NCBI GenBank assembly: GCA_963734755.1
Contig: CAVTIF010000001.1
Coordinates: 244,885-308,884, forward strand
From: an uncultured Solirubrobacteraceae bacterium
GTDB taxonomy: Bacteria; Actinomycetota; Thermoleophilia; Solirubrobacterales; Solirubrobacteraceae
Reading direction: 5' to 3'
DNA length: 64,000 nucleotides
Part shown: positions 1-10,316 of the stretch, piece by piece
How the letters are laid out: every line of letters starts with the position of its first letter
How positions within the stretch are numbered: the first letter of the stretch is position 1
Notes under the pieces: generated by a model
What the model saw: only the letters and a program-made list of their open reading frames with translations
The model's database searches: none
What the model was told of the DNA's origin: nothing
Position numbers and translations under genes: made by a program

Positions 1-2
1 GC

Positions 3-560
3 GTTGGGGCGATCGCCGCCGAGATCGCGACGCAGTTGGGCGTACGACCGGAGAAGGTCAGGCGTTTGCGCGAGGCGGCGTCGCTGCACGACGTCGGCAA
101 GATCGCGATCCCCGATCGTGTGCTGCTGAAGCCCGGGAACCTGAGCGTGGATGAGCAGCGCATGATGGAGTCGCACACCGCGCTGGGCGCGCGCCTGCTG
201 TCGTGCAGCAGCTCGCCGGTGCTGCAGATGGCGGCGGTGATCGCGGCGACTCACCACGAGTGGTGGAACGGCACGGGGTACCCGAGCGGGCTGGCCGGCG
301 AGCGGATACCGCTGGTCGGCCGGGTGGTGGCCGTCGCCGACGTGTTCGACGCGCTGACCCACGAGCGCCCGTACAAGTCCGCGTGGCCGCCGAGCCAGGC
401 GATCGCCAGGATTCGCAGCGCATCCGGACGCCAGTTCGACCCGGCCGTCGTCGCGGCCTTCCTGACGTTGCTCCGCGACGCCCCTCCAACCGCGATCTTC
501 GCCCCTCAGGAGGAGCGGATTACGACGCGGCCTCGTCCGATGACCTCGATCTCCGTCTGA
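3..560 (+). CDS. HD-GYP domain c-di-GMP phosphodiesterase (5' part lies outside the window)
   Basis: Motifs LHDVGKI, HHEWWNGTGYP and VADVFDALTHERPYK; frame is open from the window edge. Confidence 0.9.
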   Translation, partial: VGAIAAEIATQLGVRPEKVRRLREAASLHDVGKIAIPDRVLLKPGNLSVDEQRMMESHTALGARLLSCSSSPVLQMAAVIAATHHEWWNGTGYPSGLAGERIPLVGRVVAVADVFDALTHERPYKSAWPPSQAIARIRSASGRQFDPAVVAAFLTLLRDAPPTAIFAPQEERITTRPRPMTSISV

Positions 561-1669
561 GGGGCACAGACGGCGATCTTCGAGGACTCGTCGCGCAACG
601 TGCGGCGCAGCAGCACGAACGCCACCGCGCCGAGCACTGCCGGTACCAGCAACGCGGTCGCGCGGTAGGCGAGCACGGCTGAGGTCGCGGGGGTGATCGC
701 CACGCCGTACAGGACCAACGTCCCGACCAGGCCGGCGTCGACGCCGCCGATCCCTCCGGGCACGGGGATCAATCCCCCGAGCTCGCCGACCAGGTAGGCG
801 ATCCAGATGACAGCCAGCGGCGGCGCAGGGCCGAACGCGCGGAACGACGTCCACAGGATCATCACGTCGAACGCCAGGTAGGCGAGCAAGCCGGCGACCA
901 ACAGCACGTTGCCCTCGCGCAAAAGTGCGACCGCCTCATCGACCCCGTCGGCGATCGCGGCCAGCGACTTCCAGATGAAGCTCGCGCGGCGCGAGGAAGC
1001 GCCGTCGCTGTCCGGGCTGAGGCGATCGTGCAGTCGCGCGGCGATACGCCCGGCGAGCAGCGCCCCGATGACCCCCATGATCGCGATGATCGCCGGCGCG
1101 ACCGTCAACGCCAGGTTCGTCTCGCCTGGGAACACTCTGACGCCCAGCGCCAGCCCGATGACGATCACGCCGAGCACGTTGGGCACGCTCGTCAGCAGGA
1201 AGAACGCGACCGTCCGCCGCGCGATGTCCTCGAGCGTCATCCCGCCGCGCCGCAGCGCCCATGCGCCGAGCGCCAGGCCGCCCGCGCCGCCCGTCGGAAA
1301 CAGCGCGTTGGCGCCGAGCTCGGACATGCCGATCTGGGTTGCCACACCCCACGACATGCGTCGGCAGAAGACCTCCCGGAACACGACCACGTATCCCATC
1401 CCGGAGAGCACCTTCAGCACGACGCCCAACAACAGCCACCCCGGGTCGGCTTTGGCGAGGTGCGTGCGCAGCCCGGCGAGGCCGGGCAGCAGTGTCACGA
1501 CTGCGATCACCGCGAGCACCAGGCCGCCAGCCACGAGCAGCCGCGATCGCAGCCGCCGCTGGCTGAGCTCCTCGGGAACCGCGAGGTCGCTCGCGCTGAC
1601 GTCCGCCGCGGGGAGTGGTTTCGCGGTCAGGCGCGTCGGTTTCGACGGATCGGAGTCGACCATCGTCAC
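506..1669 (-). CDS. Lysylphosphatidylglycerol synthase TM-domain (YbhN/UPF0104-like) membrane protein
   Basis: Multiple hydrophobic helices; family motif LIPVPGGIGGVDAGL. Confidence 0.8.
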   Translation of the reverse strand: MTMVDSDPSKPTRLTAKPLPAADVSASDLAVPEELSQRRLRSRLLVAGGLVLAVIAVVTLLPGLAGLRTHLAKADPGWLLLGVVLKVLSGMGYVVVFREVFCRRMSWGVATQIGMSELGANALFPTGGAGGLALGAWALRRGGMTLEDIARRTVAFFLLTSVPNVLGVIVIGLALGVRVFPGETNLALTVAPAIIAIMGVIGALLAGRIAARLHDRLSPDSDGASSRRASFIWKSLAAIADGVDEAVALLREGNVLLVAGLLAYLAFDVMILWTSFRAFGPAPPLAVIWIAYLVGELGGLIPVPGGIGGVDAGLVGTLVLYGVAITPATSAVLAYRATALLVPAVLGAVAFVLLRRTLRDESSKIAVCAPQTEIEVIGRGRVVIRSS

Positions 1670-1720
1670 GGTCGAGTCACTGTAGGTCAGCCGAGAGGCG
1701 GGCCAGCCGAGAGCAGTCGC

Positions 1721-2068
1721 TCAGTCCAGCTCGATCGCCCGCATCGTGTGCTCGTCGGGGAGCTTGTCCAGGATCCGGCGAAGGATCTCGCGCTCGGGCT
1801 CCTGCTCGCGCTGCAGGTCATTCAGTAGTAGCCGGACGGCGCTGTGGGTGATCTTCATCTGCTGCGGCGCGAGCGACACGGTCCGCAGCCCTTGCTCGTC
1901 GGCGGCCACGTCGAGGCCGGCGATCACCTCACGCGCCAGGCGGCGGATCTGCGGCTCGTGCGCCTCGTCGGAGATCAGCAGCCGCAGGGCGCTGGCCGCC
2001 ACGGGCACCTCGTCCTCGGCGAGGAACAGGTGGTAGGGGGGCTCAGGCTCCGGCGCGGTGTCGCTCAT
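1721..2068 (-). CDS. Hypothetical protein
   Basis: Coding-like ORF from ATG 2068 (MSDTAPEPEPPYHL...); no family recognised. Confidence 0.65.
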   Translation of the reverse strand: MSDTAPEPEPPYHLFLAEDEVPVAASALRLLISDEAHEPQIRRLAREVIAGLDVAADEQGLRTVSLAPQQMKITHSAVRLLLNDLQREQEPEREILRRILDKLPDEHTMRAIELD

Positions 2069-2504
2069 CGACCGGGACCTCCTCGATCGGAACGTCGACG
2101 GGGGCCGCGGCCCGCGCCTGCGCGCGTTCACGCTGGCCGCGCGCGATCCGTCCGCCGAGCGCGGCGAGCAGCATCCCGATGATCGCGGTGATTATCGCCA
2201 GGAATGGCGGGAAGCTGCCCAGCGAGACCTTCGCTTCGACGCCCGTGATCGCGTGGGTCAGGAGCAGCATGACGCCGTAGATGAAGCCCCCGACCAGGCC
2301 GCGGTCTGCGCCGCCCCAGCCGTCCTGATGCTCGAAGCCACCGAACACGGTGGCGATCGCGACGAACCCGCCGTAGCCGTAGTAGGCGCCGGGGGAGACA
2401 CCGATCAGGATCCCTGCGACTACGCCGGCGATCGCCGGGATCACGCCACCGATCACCACCTGCGCAGGGCGCGGACGATCACGCAACAGAACTGGGTCGT
2501 ACAT
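2043..2504 (-). CDS. Hypothetical membrane protein
   Basis: About 4 Gly-rich TM segments; short overlap with the next gene. Confidence 0.7.
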   Translation of the reverse strand: MYDPVLLRDRPRPAQVVIGGVIPAIAGVVAGILIGVSPGAYYGYGGFVAIATVFGGFEHQDGWGGADRGLVGGFIYGVMLLLTHAITGVEAKVSLGSFPPFLAIITAIIGMLLAALGGRIARGQRERAQARAAAPVDVPIEEVPVDERHRAGA

Positions 2505-2596
2505 CTCGCTCCTCCCCGAAATTACCGCCACCACCCTATCGCGCGGCCGGCGCTCGCAGCGCTGGCCGGTGCTGCGTCATAACCTTGACGGCGACG

Positions 2597-3661
2597 ATGG
2601 CGAGTCCTTCTGTGCCCTTCCGCCTTTCGGTACTCGACCAGTCGCCGATCTCGCGCGGGTCCTCTGGGCCGCAGGCGCTCGCGAACACGCTCGACCTCGC
2701 TCGCCTTGCCGATCGTCTCGGCTATCACCGCTACTGGGTCGCCGAGCACCACGGCGGGCCGATGCTCGCCGGCCCGAGCCCCGAGGCGCTGATCGGGCCG
2801 ATCGCCGCGGCAACCGAGCGCATCCGCGTCGGCAGCGGCGGCGTGATGCTGCCCCACTACAGCCCGTTCAAGGTCGCCGAGACGTACAGCCTGCTCGCGG
2901 GGCTGTTTCCGAATCGTGTCGACCTCGGCATCGGGCGCGCGGCGGGCACGGACCCGATGACGACGTTCGCGCTACAGCGCGACAGGCGCCAGGCCGCGCC
3001 CGACGATTTCCCCCAGCAGCTAGCCGAGCTGCTCGGTTATCTCGACGGCAGTCTCCCGGCAGACCATCCGTTTGCGCGTCTGGCAGAGATGCTCCCCGGC
3101 CGCCCACAGCGACCCGAGCCGTGGCTGCTCGGCTCCTCGCCGCAGAGTGCGCTGTGGGCTGCCGACCTGGGGCTGCCGTACGCGTTTGCGGACTTCATCA
3201 ACCCGGCCGGCGCGGAGATCGCGGCGCTGTATCGCAAACGCTTCGCCGAACATGAACACGCGGACGCCCGCCCGCAAACGGCGGTCGCCGTGTGGGTGAT
3301 CTGCGCCGACACCGACGAGCAGGCCACGCGGCTGGCGGCCAGCTCGCGGATGGCCTTCAAGCTGCTGCGGCGCGGCCAGCTGATCGCGGTGCCGCCGCCT
3401 GGCGAGGCGCTTGAGTTCCTGGCGCGAGACGACCAGGACGCCGCTCCCGGCGGCGAGCAGCGCCAGTCGCAGCGGCGTGCGGTGATCGGCTCGCCGCAGA
3501 CCGTGCGCGCGGGGCTGGATGAGGTCGTCGCGAGCTACGGGGCGGAGGAGGCGATCGTGGTCAGCATCACCTACGACCACGAGGCCCGCCGGCGTTCCTA
3601 CGAGCTGTTGGCCGAGGTGCTCGAGCTCGACCGCGTCGGCGCAGCTACCCTCGAGCGGTGA
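2597..3661 (+). CDS. LLM-class flavin-dependent oxidoreductase (luciferase-like)
   Basis: LSVLDQSP, RYWVAEHH, RIRVGSGGVMLPHYSP, RVDLGIGRA. Confidence 0.92.
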   Translation: MASPSVPFRLSVLDQSPISRGSSGPQALANTLDLARLADRLGYHRYWVAEHHGGPMLAGPSPEALIGPIAAATERIRVGSGGVMLPHYSPFKVAETYSLLAGLFPNRVDLGIGRAAGTDPMTTFALQRDRRQAAPDDFPQQLAELLGYLDGSLPADHPFARLAEMLPGRPQRPEPWLLGSSPQSALWAADLGLPYAFADFINPAGAEIAALYRKRFAEHEHADARPQTAVAVWVICADTDEQATRLAASSRMAFKLLRRGQLIAVPPPGEALEFLARDDQDAAPGGEQRQSQRRAVIGSPQTVRAGLDEVVASYGAEEAIVVSITYDHEARRRSYELLAEVLELDRVGAATLER

Positions 3662-4263
3662 GCGACTCGCCGGCCGTGCGCCGCGCGACTGTGCACGACA
3701 TACCGGCGCTGGCCGGGATGCTCGCTCGCGCGTTCCTGGACGATCCGGTCGCGAGCTGGGCGTGGCGGCCGGACGCTCTGCGACTGAACGCGCTCGAGCG
3801 CTTCCAGGCGGTCCGCCTACGTCAGCTGATCGCAGGCGAGGAGATCTGGACAACCGACGAGCTGACGTGCGCTGCCTTGTGGGCGCCGCCAGGAAGCTGG
3901 CACATGACGCTCCGCGAAACAGCGATGCTCGTGCCGTCCTTCTTGCATCCACGCCTGTTCGTGCGTATGCCCCTGGTGGCGCTTGGTTGGGAAAAACTTG
4001 AGCGCGCGCACCCTCGCCGTCCGCCTCACTTCTATCTCGCGGTGCTGGGCACCGAGCCGGAGGCGCAGGGTCGCGGCCTCGGCTCGGCGGTGCTGGGGTG
4101 CGTGCTCGAGCAATGCGACAGCGACGGCGTCGGCGCGTACCTGGAGTCCTCGAAGGAGCGCAACGTCGACTTCTACGCTCGCCACGGCTTTCGCGTGCTC
4201 GATGAGATCCGGCTGCTGCGCGGCCCGGTCATGTGGAAGATGTGGCGCGACCCGCGCGCGTGA
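3658..4263 (+). CDS. GNAT N-acetyltransferase
   Basis: YLAVLGTEPEAQGRGLGS, YLESS, NVDFYARHGF; GTGA overlap with the LLM gene. Confidence 0.9.
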   Translation: MSDSPAVRRATVHDIPALAGMLARAFLDDPVASWAWRPDALRLNALERFQAVRLRQLIAGEEIWTTDELTCAALWAPPGSWHMTLRETAMLVPSFLHPRLFVRMPLVALGWEKLERAHPRRPPHFYLAVLGTEPEAQGRGLGSAVLGCVLEQCDSDGVGAYLESSKERNVDFYARHGFRVLDEIRLLRGPVMWKMWRDPRA

Positions 4264-4334
4264 GGGACCACGAACGGGCGCTACGGGCCGACGCGCGCGA
4301 CGTGCTGCGCTTTTTGTGCAATTGACGCGTGCGC

Positions 4335-4360
4335 TGATCCGTGAGTGGCCGCCTTCCGTA
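4335..4360 (+). promoter_or_regulatory. Putative ECF (SigK-like) promoter TGATCC-N15-CCGTA
   Basis: Same motif and spacing recur before the sigma gene (7234) and the ferritin-like gene at 47.6 kb. Confidence 0.6.
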
Positions 4361-4400
4361 TTCACAGAAAAGAACACGGATGAAGGCGGAGGTGTAGAAG

Positions 4401-5125
4401 ATGTCAAGTCCACCCAGTGGTGACACGGTTACCCAGGCGGCGGAGGGTGAGCACGTGCAGCCCCGACCGACCGGCCTGGTCGAGCGCCTCGTGCGCGACG
4501 ACGTCGACCGCAAGCGGTTCCTGAAGATGGCCGGCACGGCAGGCGCGGCGAGCTTCGGTGCGTTCGTGACGGCGGCGTGCGGGAGCAGCAGCAGTAGCAG
4601 CACCTCGAGCACAGCTACGACCGCGACAGCAGCGGGCAGCGCGAGCGCCGTGAAGACCGACATCGGAATCCTCAACTACGCGCTGACGCTCGAGTACCTG
4701 GAGACGTGAGTTCTACAAGAAGGTAATCGCGGCAGACCTGTTCATCGGCAAGGTCGGAGCACTGATCAAGAGCTTCGGCGTCACGGAGGCCGACGCACGT
4801 GGAAGCGCTGAAGGGTGCCGTGGAGAAGCTGGGCGGAACGCCGTCGCCCAACCCGAACGGCAAATTCCCGATCAACTCCGCGACGCAGGTCGCGGAGCTC
4901 GCGTACACCGTCGAGAACCTCGGCGCTGCAGCGTATCTCGGCCAGGCACCGATGATCCAGAGCCCGGACGTGCTGGCGACGGCGCTGGCGATTCACTCGG
5001 TCGAGGCGCGCCACGCAGCGACGCTGGGCACGCTGGTGAAGAAGTCGATCACACCGGATGGCGCGTTCGCCAAGCCGGCTGACATGTCAACGGTCCTGGC
5101 GGCGGTCAAGCCGTTCCTGTCCTGA
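4401..5125 (+). CDS. Tat-signal ferritin-like (Ferritin_2) protein, frameshifted in this assembly
   Basis: DRKRFLK signal, ILNYALTLEYLE, ENLGAAAYLG, HSVEARHAA; split across frames near 4707 and 4790. Confidence 0.8.
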
Positions 5126-5151
5126 GCGCAGACGAAAAGGAGCTGAAAGTA

Positions 5152-5813
5152 ATGTCGAATGACACACTCACCGACATCGCGGCGGCCGGGCCGGTGGACG
5201 CCGAGCTGGGCGCCGTCGAGGTAAAGGGCATGACTCGCTCGAGCTTCATCCTGCGCGGCGCGATCGCGGCGGGCTCGGTGTACGGGGTCTCCACTGTGGC
5301 GCCGTTCGTCTCGCAGGCACTAGCGGCGGGCGGCAGTGGCGATGTCGAAATTCTCAACTTCGCGCTCACGCTCGAGTACCTGGAGTCGGCGTTCTACAAC
5401 GAAAAGGGCAAGGACGTCGGGCTTGAGCGGCCAGGCGAAGTCATACGCCAAGCAGTTCGGCGAACAGGAGGCACGACCACGTCGAGGCGCTGACCTCGAC
5501 GATCAAACAGCTCGGCGGCACGCCCGTGACGAAGCCGACGTTCGTGTTCCCGGTGACGAACCAGAGCTCGTTCCTGGCGCTGGCGTCGGTGCTGGAGAAC
5601 ACTGGGGTGGGCGCATACAACGGCGCGGCGCCGTCGATCTGCGAAGCAAGCAGGTGCTGGCCGCTGCCGGCAGCATCGTGCAGATCGAGGCGCCGCCACG
5701 CTGCTGCGATCGACCTGTTGATCGGCAAGAGCCCGACGCCGAACGGTGGATTCGACGTACCGCTGACCAAGGCGCAGGTGCTCGCGAGGGTGACTCCGCT
5801 GATCAAGAAGTAG
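5152..5813 (+). CDS. Second Tat-signal ferritin-like protein, frameshifted
   Basis: TRSSFILR, ILNFALTLEYLESAFY, LENTGVGAYNGA; several indels between 5410 and 5700. Confidence 0.8.
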
Positions 5814-5828
5814 CCCGGGAGCGACCGG

Positions 5829-5852
5829 TGATCCGTCAGAACCGCAACCGTA
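5829..5852 (+). promoter_or_regulatory. Possible ECF promoter TGATCC-N13-CCGTA upstream of tatA
   Basis: Both boxes match the motif but the spacer is 2 nt short; it lies in the indel-rich segment. Confidence 0.4.
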
Positions 5853-5902
5853 GCAGGATAGCCCCAGCGGCATCCAACTCGACTTAGGAGGAACACGACA
5901 CC

Positions 5903-6190
5903 ATGGGACTCGACAATCCGATCCACATCGCCTTTCTGCTGATCCTGCTGCTGCTCGTGTTCGGCGCCAAGCGCCTGCCGGAGATGGGCAAATCGCTGGG
6001 CAGCGGCATGCGCGGCTTCAAGGACGCGATCAGCGGCGAGAGCACGCGAGCCCGCGCGCTCGGCCGACGCAGCGCAGCTCGGTGCCGTGGCCAGTGCAGC
6101 AGCCGCGCGGCGGTCCCGCACCGGTCGCGAGCCGTCGGTCGCCACCCGCTGCGCGCCGGCGCTCAACGGACGCCCAGACGCGGATGACGG
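5903..6190 (+). CDS. tatA: Twin-arginine translocase TatA (3' end uncertain, probable indels)
   Basis: LLVFGAKRLPEMGKSLGSGMRGFKDAISG. Confidence 0.88.
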
Positions 6191-6197
6191 AGAGATC

Positions 6198-7173
6198 ATG
6201 GCTGTGGCCGTAGGCAGCATCGGACACGAAGACCGGCTGAGCCTCGTCGATCACCTGCAGGAGCTGCGCGTGCGCCTGATCGTCTCGCCTGGCGGTGCTC
6301 GCGGTGGCGTTCGGCGTTGTGCATGTGGCAGAACCACGCGCTGCTGAACATCATCAACAGGCCGCTCGCGCACCAGACGCAGAAGCAGGTGCGCGCGGGC
6401 AACGGGCCGCTCGGCGCGACGTACACCGTCCAGCAGAGCGCGCGCACGGTCGCAACCCAGCTGCAGGTGGTGGTCGCAGGCGCTGCGAGCGTCCGGGCAG
6501 CGGCGTCTCGCCGGCGACGAAGGGCGTCGCTTGCGCCCGTGAGCCCACAGCTGCGCGGCGCGATCAGCAGCCTGTCGGCGGCCCCGCAGGGCAACAAGCC
6601 GGTGACGCTGGGGATCGGCGAGCCGTTCAGCGACGACGATCGGCGTCGCGTTGATCTTCGCGTTCATCCTCGCGCTGCCGGTGCTGCTGTATGAGCTCTA
6701 CGGCTTCCTGCTGCCGGCGTTCAGCCCCGAGCAGCAGCGGGTCGCGACGCCGCTGATGCTGGCGATCCCGTTCCTGTTCGTGATCGGCGTGCTGTTCGGC
6801 TACTTCGTCGTGCTGCCGGCGGCGGTGCGCTTCTTCCAGAACTTCAACAGCGGCCAGTTCAACGTGCTGGTGCAGGCGAGCCAGTACTACCACTTCGCGG
6901 CGGTCATCCTGCTGGCGATGGGGCTCGTGTTCCAGGTACCGGTGGCGATCCTCGCGGCGACGCGCGCGGGGATCGTCACGACCGACCCAGCTGCGCCACA
7001 ACCGCCGCTACGCGATCGTCGCGTGCGGCGCGGTCGCGGCGTTCCTGCCGGGCGACGCGATCACGCTGCTGCTGGAGACGGTCCCGCTGTACCTGCTGTT
7101 CGAGCTGAGCGTGCTGCTCGCCAGGGTGATCGACCGGCGCGAGAGGCGCCGTGCTGCGCTCGATGGCGGCTGA
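6198..7173 (+). CDS. tatC: Twin-arginine translocase TatC, frameshifted in this assembly
   Basis: LSLVDHLQELRVRL, EPF, LYELYGFLLPAF, LGLVFQVPV, ETVPLYLLFELS across several frames. Confidence 0.85.
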
Positions 7174-7233
7174 TCGCCCTGAGCGTTGGTTTAGCCGCGG
7201 CGCCGGTCGCGGGAGGAGGCGCGGTGATCGCGG

Positions 7234-7259
7234 TGATCCGGATGGGTCTCGGTGCCGTA
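7234..7259 (+). promoter_or_regulatory. Putative autoregulatory ECF promoter TGATCC-N15-CCGTA
   Basis: Ends 3 nt before the sigma ATG at 7263, suggesting a leaderless transcript. Confidence 0.6.
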
Positions 7260-7262
7260 ACA

Positions 7263-7883
7263 ATGAGCGAGATGTTCAAACCGCTGCGCTCTTCCAAGGA
7301 TCGCTCCGCTGCAGGCCTGCGGCGTGCTCGCGGACGAGGAGCTCATGCAGCTCGTCTACGGGGGCCAGGCCGCCGCGTTCGAGGTTATCTATGACCGTCA
7401 TGCGGACGCTGCGTTCTCGCTGTCGTACCGCATGTGTGGCCAGCGGGCACTGGCGGAGGATGTGGTTCAGGAGGCGTTCCTGTCGCTGTGGCGCAGCGGT
7501 GCCCACTATGACCGCGCGCGTGGCAGCGTGCGCACGTGGGTGCTGGGCGTCGTGCACAACCGCGCGATCGACGCGCTGCGGCGGCGCACGACGCGCGACC
7601 GCGGGCTGGTCGCGAAGAGGGCATCGAGGAGCGGCTGGAGGCGCCGGAGCGCACGGAGGTCGAGTTCGCCCGCCGCGACGAGGCACGAGAGGTCCGCGAC
7701 GCGCTCGAGCAGCTGCCGAACGAGCAGAGCCGCGTGATCGAGCTCGCGTACTTCGGCGGCCTGACGCACGTGCAGATCGCGTCGATGTTGGACACGCCGG
7801 TGGGCACGGTGAAGGGGCGGATGCGCCTTGGCCTGGCGAAGATGCGGATGACGCTGGGTGATCCGGCGGAGGTCGTGCGATGA
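7263..7883 (+). CDS. ECF sigma-70 factor, SigK-like (frameshifts near 7320 and 7612)
   Basis: AEDVVQEAFLSLWR, VHNRAID, LAYFGGLTHVQIA, GTVKGRMRLGL. Confidence 0.85.
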
Positions 7884-8626
7884 ACGCTGAAGAGCCTCCG
7901 ATCATCCCCGAGGGCTGCGGTGGGAACGCGGCGCCGTACGTGCTGGGAGCCCTGACGGAGGATGAGCACGGGGTGTTCGTGGCCCACATGGAGTCGTGCG
8001 CGGTGTGCCGTGAGGAGGTGGCTGCGCTGCAGCTGGTGACGGCGGCGCTGCCGGCGTCGGCGCCCCAGGTGCACGCTCCCTCCGAGCTGAAGCGGCGGGT
8101 GATGTCGAGCGTCCACGAGGATGTTCGCCGGCGCGAGGCGGCCGAGTCGGCGCGCTCAGGCGCCCGTTCCGCCGGCCCCGGGTGGCGTTCGGCAGGCCGC
8201 GGGTGGTTGAGATGGCGCCCGGCGCTGGCGGTGACGGCGGTGGCGGCGCTCGCGGCGGTGGTGATCGCGCTGGTGGCGATCGGGTCGTCCACGTCGGGCA
8301 CGGGCGGCGGCGGCCGCGTGATCGAGGCTCAGGTGATTCCGGAGCGCGCGAGTGCGTCGCTGGAGGTGAGCGGCGGCGGACGAGCGGAGCTGAAGATCGC
8401 GGGCATGCCGCAGTCGGCGCCGGGTCGTGTGTATGAGGTGTGGGTGAAACGAGCGGGCGGCGCGTTGCCGACGGACGCGCTGTTCACGGTGTCTTCGGGC
8501 GGCGCGGCGACGGTGGCTGTGCCGGGCGGCGTGGACGGCGTGAAAGAAGTGATGGTGACCTCGGAGCCGAAGGGCGGCAGCCGCGCTCCGACGACGCTGC
8601 CGCTGATCATCGCGCGCGTCAGCTGA
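7880..8626 (+). CDS. Anti-sigma factor, RskA-like
   Basis: ZAS-like HMESCAVC, a TM helix and C-terminal YEVW...VTSEPKGGSRAPTT; ATGA overlap with the sigma gene. Confidence 0.88.
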   Translation: MNAEEPPIIPEGCGGNAAPYVLGALTEDEHGVFVAHMESCAVCREEVAALQLVTAALPASAPQVHAPSELKRRVMSSVHEDVRRREAAESARSGARSAGPGWRSAGRGWLRWRPALAVTAVAALAAVVIALVAIGSSTSGTGGGGRVIEAQVIPERASASLEVSGGGRAELKIAGMPQSAPGRVYEVWVKRAGGALPTDALFTVSSGGAATVAVPGGVDGVKEVMVTSEPKGGSRAPTTLPLIIARVS

Positions 8627-8796
8627 GAGGGTCTGGCGCGCGACGGTTGGAGGCTTGATGTGGGTTGCGCCGGGCAGCAAGTGCGTGTGCGTGTGGGTGC
8701 GTGTGTGTTTGTGTTTTCGCACTGCGGTAGCAAATGTATATACGGCGTAGATACGATGGCTATCGCTGCGCGTAGCGACAGTCCTACCTACCCCCT

Positions 8797-8862
8797 GCGG
8801 TGAACGGGCGGTGAACGGGCGGTGAACGGGCGGTGAACGGGCGGTGAATGGGCGGTGAACCG
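8797..8862. repeat. Tandem repeat, 6 x 11 bp (GCGGTGAACGG)
   Basis: Read directly: 4 perfect copies and 2 with 1-2 mismatches; intergenic. Confidence 0.95.
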
Positions 8863-8948
8863 ACGATGAGGATGGGCTCCGACGGGGGGATCGCGTAGGG
8901 GGTGACTGTGGGAGCCTCCTCCGCTGACATCCTGATACGGTTAACCAG

Positions 8949-9338
8949 ATGGCTAACCATGTCCTCCCGGAGAGCACGGTCCTGGACCGTACGTTTGCGG
9001 CGTGCTCGCATCCGATCCGCCGTGGGATATTGGAACGGCTGACGGACGGCGAGCTGAGCGTGGCGGAGGCGACGGGGAACTTTGGCGTGTCGAAGCCGGC
9101 GATTAGCAGGCATCTGAAGGTGCTGGAGGAGGCGGGGGCGATCGTGCGGGTGATTGACGGTCGCACGCACAGGCTGCGGATCCAGGAGCGCCGGCTGCGG
9201 GAGGCGGCGCAGTGGATGAGCTCCCAGCGTGAGCTGTGGGAGCACAAGCTGGACACGGTGGAGGAGTACCTGCGCGAGCAGAGAGACAACGGGCGAGGCG
9301 AGCGAATGGACAACGGATCAGAGAGGGAGCGGAGATGA
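8949..9338 (+). CDS. ArsR/SmtB family regulator
   Basis: HPIRRGILERL, SKPAISRHLKVLEEAG. Confidence 0.9.
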   Translation: MANHVLPESTVLDRTFAACSHPIRRGILERLTDGELSVAEATGNFGVSKPAISRHLKVLEEAGAIVRVIDGRTHRLRIQERRLREAAQWMSSQRELWEHKLDTVEEYLREQRDNGRGERMDNGSERERR

Positions 9339-9802
9339 GCGCGACGGATTCGACGACGGTGCGGCTGGAGCGCACGTTTGACGCGCGACGGGAGGAGGTG
9401 TTTGACGCGTGGACGAACCCGGAGGTGCTGCGGCGCTGGTGGTCTGTGACGCCGTCGGGCAGGACGCCGATTGCGGAGGTGGACTTGCGCGTGGGCGGCT
9501 CGTACAGGCTGTCGATGGAGAACGTGGAGGCGGGGACGAGGCACACGGTGCGGGGCGAGTACCGCGAGGTGCGCCGGCCGGAGCGCTTGGTGTACAGCTG
9601 GTGCTGGGAGGATGAGGACGGGCGGACTGGCCATGTGAGCATGGTGACGGTGGAGTTCGTGGGCGAGGGCGAGCGCACGACGGTGGTGCTGGAGCACTCG
9701 GAGCTGGAATCGGAGGAGTCGGCGGAGCGCCACAGCCACGGCTGGGAGGCGTGCATGCGGATGCTGGAGGCGCGGATGTTCGCGCCGCTGGCGCAAGCTT
9801 GA
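9335..9802 (+). CDS. SRPBCC/AHSA1 domain protein
   Basis: VFDAWTNPEVLRRWW, DLRVGGSYR, PERLVYSW, HGW. Confidence 0.9.
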   Translation: MSATDSTTVRLERTFDARREEVFDAWTNPEVLRRWWSVTPSGRTPIAEVDLRVGGSYRLSMENVEAGTRHTVRGEYREVRRPERLVYSWCWEDEDGRTGHVSMVTVEFVGEGERTTVVLEHSELESEESAERHSHGWEACMRMLEARMFAPLAQA

Positions 9803-9858
9803 CAAGTCGGCGAGTGAGCGGCAGCAAAGTGACGGCAAAACAACCAAGGGAGATCAGA

Positions 9859-10173
9859 ATGGCGACGTACCTGTTTGCGTATAAGGGCGGCAGCATGGCG
9901 GAGACGGACGAGGAGCGTGAGGCGGTGATGGCAGCGTGGGGCAAGTGGTTCGGCGAGTTGGGCGCGGCGGTGGTCGACGGCGGCAACCCGTTTGGCCCGG
10001 CGGCGACGGTGAGCGCGGGCGGCAGCGTGAGCGATGGCGCGTCGTCGAGCCTGACGGGCTACTCGGTGCTGACGGCGGAGGACCTTGCGGCGGCGAGCAC
10101 GATGGCGAAGGGCTGCCCGGTGCTGGCGGCGGGTGGCAGCGTGGAGGTGTATGAGACGTTCCCGGTGATGTAG
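9859..10173 (+). CDS. YciI-like protein
   Basis: AWGKWFGELG...GNPFG...GYSVL...CPVL...SVEVYE. Confidence 0.75.
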   Translation: MATYLFAYKGGSMAETDEEREAVMAAWGKWFGELGAAVVDGGNPFGPAATVSAGGSVSDGASSSLTGYSVLTAEDLAAASTMAKGCPVLAAGGSVEVYETFPVM

Positions 10174-10316
10174 GAGGAGGGTCGGCTGGACGGTCGGGCA
10201 GGGCGTGCCGCCAGGGATTCTCGGGTCCTGGGGAACCGGCGGCGGCCGCCCGATCGGTCCATGTGCTGGCGGCGCGCTGCGCGTAAATCCGGGCGCACGC
10301 CTATCTGGTTGCGCGC

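Noticed and set aside
4401-7883. Labelling ferritin-like, tat and sigma genes as pseudogenes
   Set aside because: The indel-only, tightly clustered damage looks like consensus error, so they are kept as CDS with a caveat.
8156-9847. Long minus-strand ORF (563 aa) and similar long ORFs such as 56086..57630, 56964..58955, 14252..15451 and 3020..3952
   Set aside because: These are shadow frames of high-GC genes or repeats, with Arg/Pro/Ala-rich translations and no motifs.
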